NCBI GenBank assembly: GCA_048772705.1
Contig: JBLWGC010000114.1
Span: forward strand, 1-17,006
Direction: 5' to 3'
DNA: 17,006 bases
DNA from: Leidyana gryllorum EB-2025a
Lineage: Eukaryota > Protista > Apicomplexa
Shown here: in pieces, positions 15,795 through 17,006 of the stretch
How the letters are laid out: each line of letters begins with the position of its first letter
How positions within the stretch are numbered: the stretch's first letter is position 1
The notes under the pieces: model-generated
Database searches by the model: none
What the model was told of the DNA's origin: nothing
What the model saw: the letters and a program-made list of their open reading frames with translations, nothing else
Position numbers and translations under genes: made by a program

Positions 15795-15867
15795 CACCGC
15801 CCGCGGGGCTCGAACCCGCGACTGCAAGATTAAGAGTCTTGCGCTCTACCGACTGAGCTAGGGCGGC
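15795..15867 (-). tRNA. tRNA-Lys(CTT)
   Basis: Identical to 344-416. Confidence 0.95.
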
Positions 15868-15943
15868 AGGAATGCAAGGACACAAACCCCGATAGCCCGA
15901 CATCTTAAGTGGCTTTGGTACCCACCAGCCTCACTTGAAGATC

Positions 15944-16015
15944 GTCCGGGTCGTCTAGTGCTTACAACAGCAAGTTGTGGCCGTGCATACCCAGGCCCGA
16001 ATCCTGGCTTGGATA
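15944..16015 (+). pseudogene. tRNA-His(GTG) pseudogene
   Basis: T-loop CCCGAAT; D arm decayed. Confidence 0.8.
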
Positions 16016-16136
16016 GTATGTCCCCGATGTCTCGAATGGGAGATGTAGGTGAAGCCTGTCCAAACCCACGATCGGGCGTAGCTGCCCATGTCCTCTCTGG
16101 ATCGCTACACACTTCCATTTGACGGCTCCGTTAGTC

Positions 16137-16206
16137 GGCGCTATGGCCTAATGATGGCATCGGTCTACGGAACCGGGGATTCTGGGTTCGAGTCCCAGTA
16201 GCGTCT
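16137..16206 (+). pseudogene. tRNA-Arg(ACG), 3-nt D-loop deletion
   Basis: Otherwise identical to 13981-14053. Confidence 0.83.
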
Positions 16207-16307
16207 GGGCGGATGGCCGGGTTGCAGCCTGTTGAGTCAACAACTCAGATCCTGTCTTAGCTGTCCGGGATGGGTCGAGTGCCGTGTTGCGTCAACATAT
16301 ATCAGAC

Positions 16308-16379
16308 GGGCTGTTCTGGGAATCGAACCCAGGACTCCTTCCACCCTAAGGAAGGATCATACCACTAGACCAAACAGCC
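16308..16379 (-). tRNA. tRNA-Pro(AGG)
   Basis: Full cloverleaf. Confidence 0.95.
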
Positions 16380-16433
16380 GACTGGTCGGTGGTGCAAATT
16401 GCTGGTAGAGTCGGGAGACTGGTCATAATATGT

Positions 16434-16506
16434 CAGCGGCTAGCTCAAATGATATAGTACTCGCTTAAGATGGGAGAGATACTGGGATCAATGCCCAGGT
16501 CGTCCA
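16434..16506 (+). pseudogene. tRNA-Ala pseudogene
   Basis: Ala body, anticodon now AAG, many substitutions. Confidence 0.8.
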
Positions 16507-16582
16507 ACCTTCTAACGGCTGCACCTGCGGTATTTGAAAACAGAGTCACGACCGAATGGAGTTGATGCCCGATCACATAACA

Positions 16583-16664
16583 CGACAACTGCTGCATTCG
16601 AACCAGCGCCGGCCAGACCCAGTAGATTTCGAGTCTACCCCCTTAACCACTCGGGCAAGTTGCC
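16583..16664 (-). pseudogene. tRNA-Ser(CGA), degenerate
   Basis: Full length; C61>G and variable-arm mismatch. Confidence 0.75.
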
Positions 16665-16744
16665 AACTGTCGAATTCGACATGCCGCGAGGAGTGACCAA
16701 ATACCCCCATGTTCAGCCTGTCCTGCGGCATTTATAGGTGTCTT

Positions 16745-16795
16745 AACTCACCTCTCGCGTGCAAAGTCACCGCTCTACCACTTGAGTAGCTGCCC
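16745..16795 (-). pseudogene. tRNA-Ala(TGC) remnant
   Basis: GGGCAGCTACTCAAGTGGTAGAGCG...TT-TGC-AC-GCGAGAGGT; 3' end decayed. Confidence 0.65.
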
Positions 16796-16880
16796 ACCCG
16801 CCAAACCTAGGTGAATTTCCCACCTGAGATCGATCACAGTTTTCTGGCGCCTCATTCGTCAGTGCAACTGTTGTGACTCG

Positions 16881-16953
16881 TCCACTGTAGTCTAAGTGGC
16901 TAGGATATGCGGCTTTCACCCGCACGATCCGGGTTCAAGTCCCGGCAGTGGAA
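16881..16953 (+). tRNA. tRNA-Glu(TTC)
   Basis: Full cloverleaf. Confidence 0.95.
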
Positions 16954-17006
16954 ATCCAGGTGAGTGTGCTTGTAGGCAACGGTTCCATTCCTACTCCCAG
17001 AGACAT

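Larger units (their letters stand above)
15940..16380. repeat. His*-Arg-Pro cassette, inverted copy of ~13805-14250
   Basis: Reverse-complement match including spacers. Confidence 0.88.
1..17006. repeat. Dense mosaic tRNA gene/pseudogene cluster (~105 loci), apparently continuing past both window ends
   Basis: A-box (TAGYNNAGTGG) and B-box (GTTCGANNC) motifs and cloverleaves recur every ~120-200 bp on both strands; spacers recur in multiple copies. Confidence 0.97.

Noticed and set aside
474-16737. All ORFs in the six-frame track (60-195 aa)
   Set aside because: They run through tRNA genes on either strand (recurring peptides such as PGIEPG and GFDS are B-box translations), and duplicated copies are frameshifted; no recognisable domain
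1-17006. CRISPR array or integron cassette array
   Set aside because: The repeats are tRNA bodies of many kinds in both orientations, spacers are themselves repeated, and there is no cas gene or integrase
1-17006. Bacterial, phage or organellar tRNA array
   Set aside because: Many A34 anticodons, eukaryotic initiator/Ala/Tyr/His signatures, no encoded CCA, mixed strands and heavy pseudogenisation
1-17006. tRNA-derived SINEs or a transposon
   Set aside because: No poly-A tails, target-site duplications, terminal repeats or transposase/RT; upstream flanks are co-duplicated
1-17006. Stop-suppressor or selenocysteine tRNA
   Set aside because: No CTA, TTA or TCA anticodon found in any locus I could fold
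1-17006. Naming the source organism
   Set aside because: The tRNA sequences are eukaryotic but I do not recognise them well enough; a database search is needed

Overview
The whole 17 kb window is a very dense eukaryotic-type tRNA gene and pseudogene cluster with no credible protein-coding gene. By eye I count about 105 tRNA-derived loci on both strands (about one per 160 bp). Roughly a third fold into intact cloverleaves; the rest are point-mutated, truncated, split or chimeric. Isotypes for 19 of the 20 amino acids are recognisable (no Asn seen). Eukaryotic nuclear origin is indicated by A34 anticodons (AGG, AGT, AAC, AGA, AAT, AGC, AAG, ACG), no encoded CCA, a 37/38 intron in Tyr, A54 in Ala and initiator T-loops, and His without genomic G-1. 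I cannot identify the organism. The locus is not a head-to-tail array but a scrambled mosaic of 0.2-1.4 kb multi-tRNA cassettes repeated in direct and inverted orientation, with many breakpoints inside tRNA bodies. Highlights: an initiator-tRNA body with a CAG anticodon, an otherwise perfect Gly body with a GTC anticodon, synonymous anticodons swapped between matching flanks, a 7-nt Tyr intron, a Leu gene split by a Tyr-bearing insert, a Ser/Leu chimera, and few oligo-T terminators. All calls and coordinates are manual; pseudogene and repeat ends are approximate.
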